Assembly (NCBI GenBank): GCA_951406725.2 | Contig: OX597827.1 | Span: 9,672,001 to 9,736,000 of the forward strand | Source of the DNA: Octopus vulgaris | Lineage: Eukaryota | Direction of reading: 5' to 3' | DNA: 64,000 nt | Shown here: positions 14,813 through 29,099 of the stretch, piece after piece | Numbering within the stretch: position 1 is the first letter of the stretch | Layout: each line of letters begins with the position of its first letter | Program-made: the position numbers and the translations under genes | Notes under the pieces: model-generated | Told to the model about the DNA's origin: nothing | What the model saw: only the letters and a program-made list of their open reading frames with translations | Databases searched by the model: none

Positions 14813-14954
14813 GCGAGAATGAAGCAACAAGAATGGATAGGTTTTTAGTACAATCGTTTCATACAAGGACAGGTTTTATTAAAAGTTGCAAAACCTGTCC
14901 TTGTATGAAACGATTGTACTAAAAACCTATCCATTCTTGTTGCTTCATTCTCGC
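14813..14954. repeat. Perfect 65-bp inverted repeat (12-nt loop)
   Basis: Arms 14813-14877 and 14890-14954 are exact reverse complements. Confidence 0.95.
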
Positions 14955-15067
14955 TTATAATCACCCCACATTACTGTATTGTTAAATCAGTATAGTTTTT
15001 TTTGGTGCATCTAAGTTAGGTACCATATTCAAGTAAATTCTTTTAAATTAACTTGAATCTTTATTGC

Positions 15068-15116
<49 letters not shown>

Positions 15117-15609
15117 GTATGTATATATATTTGTATATATATATATGCACACATACATGCACACACACATATATATATTCATATATGGAGAGAGAGAAAG
15201 ATGATGAAGGAATAAATGATTTATCTTATGAACTTCATTAGCTTACAGCTGTTTCTGCTGTGAAATGCAGTAGATTCGTAGTTGAGTGCCTCAATTACAC
15301 CTTATAACTTCATCAGAGCCACGAATATGAAGTGTAATTTATTTAGGAAAAAAATTATATTCGCATGTGTGTGTGTGTGTGCATCGTACTTAAATTTTCA
15401 TTGAACTCAAAAGTGTCTTGTATTTAAAGAACTGAAATTACAGCCGCAGTGATGAAATGAAATTGCCGAAGGTTTTAATTCTATTCAGAAAATTAGGGGT
15501 AATATCTCCAAAATTAAGATTAATTGAAATTATATGTGGGTATGCAATAGGGAGTGAATCTGATCTTAAATATGTTTACATCTTAAATATGTTGCTTTGC
15601 TAATCAAGT

Positions 15610-15848
15610 TTAACTATTTAGCATTTAGATTACTCTATCAAATGTGATACCCATTTATTCATATTATTTTGAATTATGTATGCGTTATCATATAGCATCA
15701 AGAATTCAAAGAATATTGTTTACATTTAGAATTGCATTGTAGAGTAGGTGTGAGATGTAGGTGTGAGATGCCAGATCTGGCCAGTTTGAACATAAAACAG
15801 GTAAACTATCTGGGCCTGATATAGCTGATTAAAATGCTTAAGTGTTAA
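15610..15848. mobile_element. TTAA MITE family 2 copy
   Basis: Collinear similarity to 5283-5928 and 49302-49524. Confidence 0.65.
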
Positions 15849-16614
15849 TGTTTAAGTTCTCGGCTGTTATGCCATAAATTTAAGTTAGACTAAAGACAAT
15901 TGTTATCATTGTTTAGCATCAAGTTAATCTTGATTAAGTGAACTTATGATCAAAGCTATTCATGCTTTGATTAATCTGTTTTTGTACAATGCTTGATATG
16001 TCCTTCCTTTTTTAAGATAGGAGAGTGCGATTTCAAAAAGTATATTGGTTGCTATTTTTTGCAGGTCAAGAAACTTTTGAGACATTCTCTTGTTGGCTCA
16101 TCTAAAAGGAGCATATTTGAAGAAGGTTCACATTTTTTAAAAACATTGTGTTACTGATATATATGATCCAATTCTATTTTGTGTGTGTGTGTGTGTGTGT
16201 ACATGTGTGTGTGTGAGTGTGTGTGTGTGTGCGTGTGTGTGTGCATATGCGTATGTGTGTGCAGGGAAGTGTAAATACATGTTTTGGTGCATATGTTAAA
16301 GGAATGGTAATAATAATTGATATGGGAAAGATATTACTTGTTTAGTACAAGGTTACCTCTTACTGAACTGATAAAATCTTTGGTCAAAAATTTTCCAACC
16401 ATGACCATCCCATCTTTTTCCAAAGTAATACTCCCAACACTGCATTGTCTTAAGTGATTTTCTTGCCTAAAGCAACAGTGAGTGAACTGAGGGAGATTTA
16501 GCTGCTTGTTCTGTCTGGTTGAGAGACAATGTTAAGGCTCATGTGTTGGCTTACTGGAGATTTCATTGAAGTTACTATAGAAACCTGGAGATTATTCAAA
16601 GGTAAAATAGTTGA

Positions 16615-17133
16615 ATGCACTTGGGTGACATGCAACCAAGAGAATACCCTCCATCAGGCATTTGCCATATTCTGAACGCCTTACTTCCCTGGGCATGGAT
16701 ACATTGAAACTCCGACGTCTAGCAGCTGACTTGGCAGACACCCATAAAATTATTAACCATTTTACAAACAATAACTCTGAGCACCTTTTCAAACTCCACC
16801 TGTCTAACACCCATGGACATGTTTACAAAGTCAGAAAAAACACAGCTCCCATGACTTTCGGAAACATTTTTTTCATGCTAAGAGTTGCTGAAGCACGGAA
16901 CAAACAGTTGTTAGTTGTCTGAGCACTGCATCCTTCAAAACTTCCATGCTTCCTGAGATTCGCTAACACTACACTTGATTTTCTCCCCTCCATACACACA
17001 CAAGCATGTATCTGACTCATACATTGTTCACTTTCCAGACATTTGTACATTACTTCATGTGCTTTATATGCACTTTTGACAAGTTGTGGTGCACCTGAGC
17101 ACTGTATACAATAATTTCATTATTATTATTATA
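16615..17133 (+). mobile_element. CR1/L2-group LINE 3' fragment
   Basis: Encodes ATKRIPSIRHLPYSERLTSLGMDTLKLRRLAADL...HGHVYK...FFMLRV. The 3' UTR ends in (ATT)n, and the same 3' end recurs at 61225-61337. Confidence 0.85.
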
Positions 17134-17450
17134 TTTTAGATATGACATGGGACTGCCACGTAAGTAAACTGAGTTAATATATCTAACAAGTTACACTCTC
17201 AGAGTCATTCAAACATTGGCATGTTGATTCATTTCAAATACTGCTTAAAACTTGTAAGTTTAGATAAAGAAAATTAGATAAAAATAGAATATTTGTATAT
17301 AAAAATATTGGATGAAGTTTAAAATAACCAAATGACATCTGTCTGGCTGACCAGATGGAAGTTGAAATTTTTTCATAAAACTAATGTGTATTGAGAGCCA
17401 AAAATTTAATTGAATATAACTGCATGAACATGCTACACACACACACACAC

Positions 17451-17615
<165 letters not shown>

Positions 17616-17640
17616 CAGACAGATAAATAGATAGATATTG

Positions 17641-17800
17641 CATGGGAGTGGCTGTGTGGTAAGTAGCTTGTTGACCAACTACATGGTACCTGGTTCAGTC
17701 TCACTGCATGGCACCTTGGGTAAATGTCTTCTACTATAGCCTTGGCCTGACCAAAGCCTTGTGAGTGGATTTGATTGGCAGAAACTGAAAGAAGCCCGTC

Positions 17801-17837
<37 letters not shown>

Positions 17838-18040
17838 TAGATGTATGTATGTATGTATGTGTGTATGTGTATGTGTGTGTGTGTATGTGTTTGTCCCCTT
17901 AACATCGCTTGACAACCAATGCTGGTGTGTTTACTTCCCCATAACAGTGGTTGTGCAAAAGAGACCATAAGTCTTGGGGTCGATTTGATTGACTAAAGGT
18001 GGTGCTCCAACATGGCCACAGCCAAATGACTGAAAGAAAG
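17641..18040 (+). mobile_element. OK-type SINE (diverged)
   Basis: Same head, internal microsatellite and tail, with an internal deletion. Confidence 0.8.
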
Positions 18041-18289
18041 AATATGTATACATATATATATATATATATACTTCCATAAGCATACACACTTACACTCTTG
18101 CACAGCACACACACATACATGCTCACACACACATGCATTAGTTCATCATGTACTACACAGGCATTGAGCATTTACATTGTGTGTGTGCATGCAATTGATT
18201 GATTGTGTTTGTGTGTGTGTGTGTGCATGTTTACATATTCCAAAATCTCTGTACAATTATTGGTATATTTATATGAATATATATGTATA

Positions 18290-18377
<88 letters not shown>

Positions 18378-21114
18378 GATGAATTTATCTCAATGTGTTT
18401 ATTACATTACATTATGTTAGTATCCCTTCAGCAATAAATTGTTACACGCAGAACAAATGTGTTCACACATTTACACAAGGTATGCGTTAATAGCAGTTTG
18501 ATCAACTGAGAGTGATCAATTTACCAGAGAATGGCACAACTGATTATTCGAGGAATGTGAAAAGAACAATATCACACACCTGATATTGATATACAACATT
18601 AACAGATATTATTAATGTATACAACATCAATAGACACGATGGAGATGAAGAATCACTGAAAATGGGGTGTATGTGATTTTCCAACAGAAGAGAAACAGAG
18701 ATTAATGTTCCATAAGTATGTGAAAGAGATTAGCAGCTTGGAATTATTTAGTTTTATTTATTTGCCATGGGAAAAGCAATCATAAAGTAGGGAATATGCG
18801 ATATACCCAGCATAGAGAAATGGGAAACAAAATAAAGGTGTAATTATTGTTGTTAGTCACCGAGGAAAACGTGTTTTATATTACTCTCAACTACTCTCGT
18901 TATAAATATGCATACATCTCAATTAGCAACTGCAAATGATCGTACCAGTTGTAGTTCAGCTCAATTGATTCCTTACTGCCTTATTTAGAATGGTATTTAA
19001 CGATTAGTTACAGCTGGCTGAGTTGGACGTTTGTAGGATGACAGCTTACTAAGCAAAAGATTGATGCTTCACATCGCCCATCATTTGCATTGCACTGTCC
19101 TTGACAAAGGCACTTTACCATGAATAACCCCAGTAGGGTTAATTGCTGTAAATTTGGTACCAGAAAGCGAAATTGTTCATGATTGTAACTGAGGGCTGCA
19201 TTAGACATTTCAGGCATGGGAAACCGTTTTTTTTCTTTTAATAGTAATGGGCCTTATGAGATATTGACAATCATAAATCAGCCCACACTCTAGAATGACA
19301 ATGCAACAAACATCATATATATTACTTATAACACCATACATTATACATAATTTAACAAACACTTTATAAAGTACATATAACACCAGATATTATACGCAAT
19401 TTAATGAACACTGCATATAGTACATATGAAACAATATATCATACACAACACTGTATGACAAACATTGTATATTATACATGTAGTACCGTATATATTACAC
19501 ACAATTTGATAAACACTGTATATTGTACATATAACACTATATACACAAATAAATCAAACATGATAGAGAAAGCACGACTGAATAAGAGAAAAAGAAATGG
19601 AATTATTTAAAATTTTTGTTGCTCATAATTGTTGAAATACACTGTTTTTGTTTCAATTGATATTGAAAATTATAAATAATTTATTAAAATAGCATTGGCA
19701 TTTTTAAGCTGAGTCTGGAACATAAATTATCATGAAATTTTGGTGAAAGGTTTGGATATAGATAATTTTTAAAGGGAAAATTGTTTCAGCAAAATCAGGG
19801 ATAGAAGATTGGTAATAAAGGGGTTGAATTAGCAGAGTTGAATTTTACAAATTTTTATTTAAAAGTCAGACTTACATAATAAAATCATTATTCAGAAATA
19901 TATACAAAAATATACCAATGGTTGTGTGTGATCCTAGATATCTTTTTTATGGTAAATATCTGTGGCCCAGGGCCACAGACTGCCACAGATTTCCCATACT
20001 TGATAGATGTGATGATTATTTTGCTTAGAGTGCTGAGCCTCAAATATGCACTTTTCCTATACAGTCTATCAAATACTTGAATGTCTACAAACAAGAGACA
20101 CACAAACTGGAATTGATGGTGTTTGAAAATAAAGAAAACCAACGACTTCCAGAAAAGACTTGCTTAATATTGAAAGGCCATTATCTTTGGAATTCTTTTC
20201 TAATATGTAGAAAAATCATGGCATTTAAAAAACAAAACAAAACAATAATAGACTTATTTATTAGCCCTTAAAAATTTTTCTTAAGACATAAGGAATGCTT
20301 TTCTGCAAATTTTAGTAAAAACATGATAAGTTCAAAAAGCCTTTTTCAAACTTTCTATTGATAATTTGAATAAAATAAAACTTGCAAAGAATACAGATTT
20401 TACTTAAAGCAATGAGCCAACCTATTGCTTAGTTGAGACAGATTAAGTTCTGAGTGTAAACCAACAAAATATTATTTCAGTTAAGAACTGACATCTTTTC
20501 CTACACTTTTATAAATGAATTCAGTAGTCGGGGCCAGTATTGATGATATTCCATCATTTCTTAAAAATTTTGTGAGAAACAATCCTCATTATATTTTGAA
20601 GGTTGGTTGCAAATGAATATGACTGGAAATAAGTAACATGTTCTTGCTAAGTTTTAGGTGTCTATGTAGTCATGAGCATACATAGATATCTTCTTGGTTC
20701 CCTCACCTTTAAGCTGGCATCATATCGATGAAGAGACAAGTGGGGTGGAGAGAAAAAAGACTGTATCAGCAATCAGGTGGTATCCATTTAGAGCTGAATA
20801 GATTTTGAGCAATGGTGAATGAAATGTTTTGCTTGAAAACACAGTAAGCTGTCCAGTCCAGTCCAGTAATTGAACCCACAAACTTTGGATCATGAAGTGA
20901 ACAGCCTAACCACTTGGCCACAGGCCTTCATAGCTATTCTGGATACACATTTGATTAAAGATGCAAAGCATATTTGTCTTTAAGGAACAATTTAATGGTT
21001 AAAGTGAGCTACAAATTCATGGCTCAATGTACAGACATCTAAAACTTTCACTCAAATGTTTCACTTTAAATATCATGAGTTTAGATTATCAATAAGGGCT
21101 TAATGCAACAAACC

Positions 21115-21183
<69 letters not shown>

Positions 21184-21277
21184 CATATACCTGTGTGTGT
21201 GCATGTATCTATGTATCTGTGTATATATATATCTGTGTATATATATGTATGTATGTATGTATATATGTATGTGCCTA

Positions 21278-21398
<121 letters not shown>

Positions 21399-21614
21399 CT
21401 ATATATACAATTATAGATAGAATTAGTCAAAACAGCAAGCACATTGTTTAAATTATTTAAGTAAAAAAAAAGCCTGCTTTGAGTTTTAGACTTGTATTTG
21501 TCATTTAGACAAATTCTCACCTCGCTTTCCTTTTGCATTGACTGTAGAATTAGCCAGAGAAATTTTCTGCTCCTCTTATTTGTGATTCTTCAACCAATTC
21601 TTCCTTTTTTATTT

Positions 21615-21649
<35 letters not shown>

Positions 21650-22528
21650 TTTTTGCGTTCCTTTCTTATTCTTGTTATCATGCATCTCATAGTAGATATA
21701 TATGTGTGTATTTTGTGTATTGTTTTTTTTTCTTCATCTCATCTACTATTCTTTCTGCTTTCTATATAACCTTATAGATCAGATGACCTAATTTATGTTG
21801 CTAGCTCTTGGCTCTACACACAAACTAATTTCCCAGTTTTAATTTGCCTTTTGAAATAGTATTCTTTGGAAAACAAATATACAACAAAATACATTGGAAT
21901 CATTTCCTTTCTGCACATCAAGCAGGTTGACTTTTGACTCTGGCTGTTATTTTCCTGTCTTCCAAAATGCAATTACTATCTTAGAACATCCTCAAATAGC
22001 TTTCTATTTTTATTTGTTTATTTATCTACTTATTTAATTTTTTTTTTTTTCTCATGCCTATTCATTTTCCCCAAGTTCTTTGCTGAAGGAATACAAAAAC
22101 CTTCTCATCAATCATTACGACATAGAATTTTCTAATTTCCTTTAATAAGTTTCCTCATACTCAGAATGTGTCGTGTGTGTGTGTATGTGTAAATAACATA
22201 AAAAAAAGTAAATATATAGATAAATAAAAATTGAAAGTAAAGAATAAAATGGAGAAAAAACATGAAAAAGAAAAATATTCCTAAAAACAACATATAAAAT
22301 AGATTCATGCAAATACAGAACATGTTCGACTTCTCTTTCAGTGTTTGCATAATGTCAAATGTCATCCAGTTGAATTTTCAAGGAATGAGACAGAAATTAA
22401 GATTATACTGGAGAGAAAAAAAATGGTATATGGTAATCAGTTGATATACAAAGTAGCAGAGAAAAGGCAGAAAACAACCCACCTCCCTCAAAAAATAATA
22501 AACAACAACAAAAAAAAAAAAAACATAC

Positions 22529-24934
22529 CTGGTGTGTTGCTTCTGTGGTTGCTTGTTGGGGAATTCTTGCTGTTGAACTTTTCCTCTCACGATTTGATTC
22601 ATATCTGTAATGTGGTCCACCAGTTGGAATTAAAGATAAAGAATTGGTACTTTTGCAGGTTTGAGTTTTGGTCACTGGAACATCATATTGAGAAGACAAT
22701 TGTTCACTGAGAAACTCAGAGTCCTCATTTTTACCAGATATTTTCATATTGAAGTCAACTGCATCAGTGTATGTAGAATTTCTTTGGTTATTTCTCCGGA
22801 TGATGCATATTGTTATGGAGACTACGAGTACAACAGACACAGTTACTGCTGCCACAATAATGATAATGAATAGATTGATATGTATTTTGTCATCTGATTT
22901 AACATTAACAGCAGTATACATAGTTGATGTTTTATTGCTAACAGTTAAAGTTAAGGATAAGGTAGTGGTGGCTGATAAAACAGGAGTACCACTGTCTTTA
23001 ACTATAAATTTGAGATTATATGTCCCAGCATCATTTTGGTAAACTGGCCGCGAGAAAGACAAAACACCTGTGTAGGAGTTTATCATAAACAACTGACGAT
23101 TATTCCCTTGATGTATTTCATACTTTAGAAAGGCATTCTGCCTGCTGTCTCTGTCAGAGGCCCTTAACACTGTAATATCATTTTCACTCTGTGGATGATA
23201 ATGGACATCTAAACTAAAAGGGTTAACATTTGGGAAAGTAAAATAAGGGGCGTTATCATTCTCGTCCATGACTTCAACATTTATTTTTGCTGTGTTACTG
23301 AGGGATGGTACTCCATTGTCCTTGACCAAAACATGGAATGAATAAAGACTTTGCTGCTCATGATCAAGTGACTGAGTTGTGGTGATAAATCCAAAATCAG
23401 AAATTTTGAAAGGAAGGTTATATTTGCTATCATTTAGAAGAATATATGTCAACTGACCTCCAGGTCCTAGGTCCGAGTCTGTAACATTTATCAAACCTAT
23501 AGGAAAGTTTGGTTTCTCATTTTCATAAGTAAGAAATTTGAATGTATCTTTTGTAAATTGTGGTCGCACATCGTTGACGTCCATCACTTTGATAGTAAAT
23601 CTCTTTTGCGTTCGAAGACGTGGAGTCCCTTTGTCTTCACAAGAAATAATAAAGTCCATGTGGTTTTGAGTTTCTCTGTCAACTGGATTTTTCACAATAA
23701 CTTTGTATTTCTTCTTGCTAAGACTCTGCAATTGTAGTTTATCATGTCGAAGATCACAAGTTACTTGTCCATTTAGACCAATATCATTGTCAACAACTTT
23801 TACGTAGGCAATGAAACTCCCAACTTCCATTCCCTCGGAAATCGAGGCAGTTTTTCCAGTTGATTCTGAGAACTTTACATCAACTTTTGGTGGGTTGTTT
23901 TCTTGATTGATAACATTCACGAAGACAGTAGTTATTGAACTCATGGGAGGACTACCTCCATCACGAGCTTCAATGAATAATTTGTAAGTTTTTTTTTCCT
24001 CTGGTTTAAATTTTTCATTAAGAAATATTTCTCCAGTAAGTTGATTTAACTGAAAGTAAGATTTTGCTATGTTGGACGTTTTTGAGCTAAAATGATATGT
24101 TATTTTACCATTTCTACCGGAATCGAAATCTTTTGCAGATAAGGTAAGAACTAATACATTCTTCCGGTGCCCATTATTTATTGTAATATTGTAGACTTTC
24201 TGTGAGAAAACAGGCCTGTTATCATTGACATCTGTAACAAAGATTTGAACACTCAGATTTCCATTCCTTCCTCTAGAACCACCATTTTTGGCAATAACTT
24301 GAAGTAAGTATTTATCCTTTACTTCTCTATCCAATTTATTTTCTAAAGTTATCATAAGATTTGAAGAGCCATCTACTCTTTTGGAAACAACCAAACTAAA
24401 TGGATCATCCATGTTTTTTATCAGCTCATAAATTATCTGAGAATTTTTCACGCTAACATCTTTGTCAATGGCATTTGGGATTGATCGTGTGGTTCCTTTA
24501 CCATCAGTTTCATAAAACTGAAGACTAATTTCTTTGTCTTCGAATTCTGGTTGATTGTCATTGATATCCTCAATAACTACTTTAATTTCGAGGATTCTAA
24601 CAAAAGACTTTCCTTTACGTACAGCAATGTCTACAGTTTCAAAACACTCCGTATTATATTTACATAGCGACTCTGCATCCAATGTTTTGGCCGTGTAAAG
24701 CTTTCCATCACTCGTAACATTAAATAGTTGTGAATTGTTATTGGTCTCTTGTTGCAGTTGACTATATCTGACAAGATATTGTTCACTTGAAGGAACAGAA
24801 TCTATCATATGAGTATCAACACCAATATTTCCGAGGTAAGTATTTGGTGTTTTATTTTCTTTAACATAATATATAAAATCGACGCCGTAACAGATGTGCA
24901 GCAGAAATAAAAATTCAAATACTTTGACAAACAT
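22529..24934 (-). CDS. Protocadherin (cephalopod-expanded type), large ectodomain exon: signal peptide, 6 cadherin repeats, TM helix, partial cytoplasmic domain
   Basis: 847-aa ORF 22403..24946 with first ATG at 24934 (MFVKVFEFLFLLHICYG signal peptide). EC1 has the protocadherin Cys motif LDAESLCKYNTEC. Linkers are DINDNQP, DVNDNRP, NQENNPP, DVNDVRP, DENDNAP, with LDRE/VDRE/LDHE and DxD motifs. TM is LFIIIIVAAVTVSVVLVVSITICII followed by RRNN. A phase-0 donor CAG|GTATGT sits at 22529/22528, after which the ORF becomes low-complexity (VCFFFFCCC). Confidence 0.95.
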
Positions 24935-25013
24935 TTTTGGCAACAAATATTAACTTGAACGTCACAGAATGTCTTGGCTTTGAAGTGAATTCTTGAAGAA
25001 AAATCAGCTAAGT
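24935..25013 (-). other. Probable 5' UTR part of the protocadherin exon, starting at a splice acceptor
   Basis: Minus strand reads (GTT)n TTTTCAG|ACTTAG with AG at 25015-25014, 79 nt upstream of the ATG. Only simple repeats lie further upstream. Confidence 0.6.
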
Positions 25014-25020
25014 CTGAAAA

Positions 25021-25061
25021 CAACAACAACAATAATAATAATAATAATGATGATGATGATG

Positions 25062-25104
<43 letters not shown>

Positions 25105-25125
25105 CAACAACAACAATAATAATGC

Positions 25126-25171
<46 letters not shown>

Positions 25172-25350
25172 CGATGATGGTGCTAAAAAGGGTTTAGGAG
25201 CTATGATGGAGATGATCAATCTAATCTGGAGAAATTTTAAAGATTTTACTTCACCACCAACACCACCACCAGCACAACCACCACCAGCAAAACCACCAGT
25301 ACCAACACCAGCACCAGCACCACCAGCACCACCACCATTATCACCACTGC
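25021..25350. repeat. Compound trinucleotide repeats (AAC/AAT/GAT, then CCA) next to the protocadherin exon
   Basis: Direct observation. Confidence 0.9.
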
Positions 25351-25863
25351 CACCCATTCTCCTAAACTGCTCTCTCTCTCCTTTCTATCTCTGTGTGTGT
25401 ATATATATATATATATAGATATATACATATACATATACATACATACTTATATATATATACACACACACACATATATATATATGTTTATATATTTGTAATC
25501 TGTAAAGTAAACGTTTACATCAATCTCTAAATAAATGCTTACAACACTTGACTAAGTACTGATAGGAATTTTCTAAATAGTTATTTCCATTTAAGTACAA
25601 AATAGGTACTGAGGCTTCTTAAACTTCAATGATCTGATAAACACCGATATTTCTCTGCACAGATTGGTCTTTACACATAATCAAAATAAAAAAGATAAGC
25701 CAAAAAAAAAAAAAGAAAAAATTAAAATCAAAATCAAAACAGAGATAATTATTTAAAGAAAAGACATTGCTGCTGATATTTCTTTGTGCCTCCAGTTAGA
25801 GTTGCTCATGAAATATATTGCTGACACATTATCTTAAAAATATAAGAGACTTGTATCTCTTGC

Positions 25864-25918
<55 letters not shown>

Positions 25919-25988
25919 GTAACAATGATAATAATGATGGTGGTAGATTGGTGGTGATGATAACGATGATGATGATATTGATGATAAC

Positions 25989-26044
<56 letters not shown>

Positions 26045-27129
26045 TAAAAATAATAATAATAAATGTCTCTCCTCCTTTTTATTTTTTTTTTCCTCTCTTT
26101 TTGAGAGCACAAACAGTCAGCTACTTTGCATATTGAGTATGTCAAAGGCAACTGGAAATCAATTACTTTTCATTAAATTTCTTGGCTTATCGAACTTCAG
26201 ATTTCAGAAGTGTTTCTTCAATGAAAGAAACCAATTTTTGCCAAGTCATTAACAGATGTACTCAGAACACAAACGAGAAATTTGGTCTGCTATTAGATGT
26301 ATCCAAAAATTAAATGGAGAGAAGGAGAGAAAGTGAGAATGAAAGGAGAGAGGTGGGGAGAGGATAAGTAAATAAATATAAAGAAATACTTTAGAAACTC
26401 AAGTGCAAAATATCAAACTATCAATTGTAATTTCAAGCTATATCTATCTTTCTTTTCAATCTATGTGTATATATATATATATATATATACTTTGTGCTTG
26501 TTTGTTGTGTGTGTGTGTGTGCGTGTCTGTGTGTCTGTGTGTCTGAGTATTTAAATGTATGTGTGCATGTGTGTAAACACAAGTGTGTTAACACTTTTGT
26601 TGTGTGAGTGTATATGTATATATACATATATGTGTATATATAGATATGAATATATATATATATATATATGTATGTATGCATATGTGTGTGTGTGTACGTG
26701 TATATATATATATAGATATATATATATATGCATATATATATATATTTATTTATGTATATATATATATATATATTTATGTATATATATATATATATATATG
26801 CATATATATATATGTATATATATATAAAAAAAACACATGTGTGCACATAGACACACATAAACACAAAGACACACATGCACACACGCATACATACACACAT
26901 AATTGCATGTTAAAAAGCACTAACACATATGAACATACACAATCTACAAATATAAACACACAAATTTAATTTACTTGCTTCGGTCAGCTGAAACCAAAAC
27001 TGGCAGGAATCTTGTCTCTATTTCCAGTATTGAGTGCATTTTCTGTTCATTACAATTAACATATATACATATATAAACGTGCATACATTCATAATACACA
27101 TATATATATATTATATGCATATATGTATA

Positions 27130-27183
<54 letters not shown>

Positions 27184-27972
27184 TGTATATATATATATAC
27201 ACACACATACACATATACATGTGCATTCATACTCATACACACAAGCTGTCTAATATCTGTGTTTGTAAGAAACACAAAATCTGTTATCTTTCTCTTTCTA
27301 TTGCAATAGTTTATTTCTAGTTTGTTCCCCTAGCGACACCACGGCCACCACCACCACCACCACCAGTCTTACCCACCACCACTGCCACCATCAACCCCAT
27401 CACCATCATCACCACTAGCAACCACACCAGTAAGAAATCATACCGTCCTTCACCATCACCTCATAACCAAGTATATGGTATGTAATATTCAACTATCTTT
27501 TATGATTGTTAAATATCCTTTATGAAGTGTTATCAAACACACAAATCTTATACCCAGAGAAATGTTATTACTTACTCTCTCTCTCTCTCTCTCATTTTCT
27601 CTCTCACTAAATGCATTTATGTGCCAGCAAACAGACATACATACACGCATATATGTATATGTGTGTGTGTGTGTGTGTATATATATACATACGCATACGT
27701 TTATCAATACAAATATGCGTGTGTGTATATATATATATATATTTATGTGTGTGTATATATATATATGTATAGATATGTATATATAGAGATATGTGTGTGT
27801 ATACATATTTATATATATATACACACACACATATATACATATATATACAGGCACACATACACACACACACACTACATACATGCAGACCCATTATTTATAC
27901 AAATATATACCCATAACCCTACACACACACTGAGACACATACGCACAAACATGTATATAGATATTTATATAT

Positions 27973-28030
<58 letters not shown>

Positions 28031-28513
28031 ATAATCTACTATGCCTCAGAACCTTAATATTGGAAAAGCAAATGAATAACAAATGCTATTTATCTAACTG
28101 TCATAGACTGAAAAACCTTTGATGCAAGGAACATGAAGCAGCCCAGAGTAATCTCTTAGATATTGGGGGCTAAAACCAACATATAAGAAATCAATAAAAA
28201 ATTAATATCGGGCTGCTTTCTCTGAAGCACATGATGATTGGCAATAAATATTCTTAGCAGGTGTAGAAATATCTTTGCTGAAAACTAATCAAGAACTATC
28301 AAGGAATGATAATAATAAATTGGAAATATTTTCATTATCAAATATTTCAGGACAATATATCTATCATTGAATTTGTCTTAAATCATCTTAAAATGGAGAT
28401 AGATGAGTTAGCTGTAAGATCTCAGTGATATTGACTAGAGAAATGAAGCTTATCTAAGAGACCACAACCCACGGATAAGAGATCAATAACACAGAAGCAA
28501 AGTCAATACTTAT

Positions 28514-28551
<38 letters not shown>

Positions 28552-28735
28552 CGTGTGTGTGTTTGCATACATACATACATATATATATATACAGACATAT
28601 ATGCACATATATATACATATATACATATACACACACACACAAACACACGAACACACATGTATATATATATATATTTACATACATACCGTACATTTATGCA
28701 TATACAGGTAAGTGTAATACATGTATATATTATCT

Positions 28736-28777
<42 letters not shown>

Positions 28778-28993
28778 GATAGATAGATAGATATAGATAG
28801 ATATATAGATAGATAGTTGAAGTTATATATACATATACATATTCATATATAGATATATTTATATGTATTATGTATATATATGTATGAGTACACCCATGTG
28901 TGTGTGTGTATGTTTACGTGTGTGTGTGTTTCTGCGCATGTGTGTATATACACATACATACATATATACATGCATACATACATACATACATAC

Positions 28994-29039
<46 letters not shown>

Positions 29040-29099
29040 GTATCTATGTATGTAATAATCTTCAACTCCACTGAACAAATAATCCTCGGTAACATAACT

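Noticed and set aside
18580-18655. Possible 76-nt minus-strand exon (TTTTCAG|TGA ... CAG|GTGTGT)
   Set aside because: Immediate stop in phase 0 and a weak donor; such sites arise by chance in AT-rich DNA.
24993-25418. Pro-rich/Gly-rich ORFs upstream of the protocadherin
   Set aside because: Products of degenerate (CCA)n and other trinucleotide repeats.
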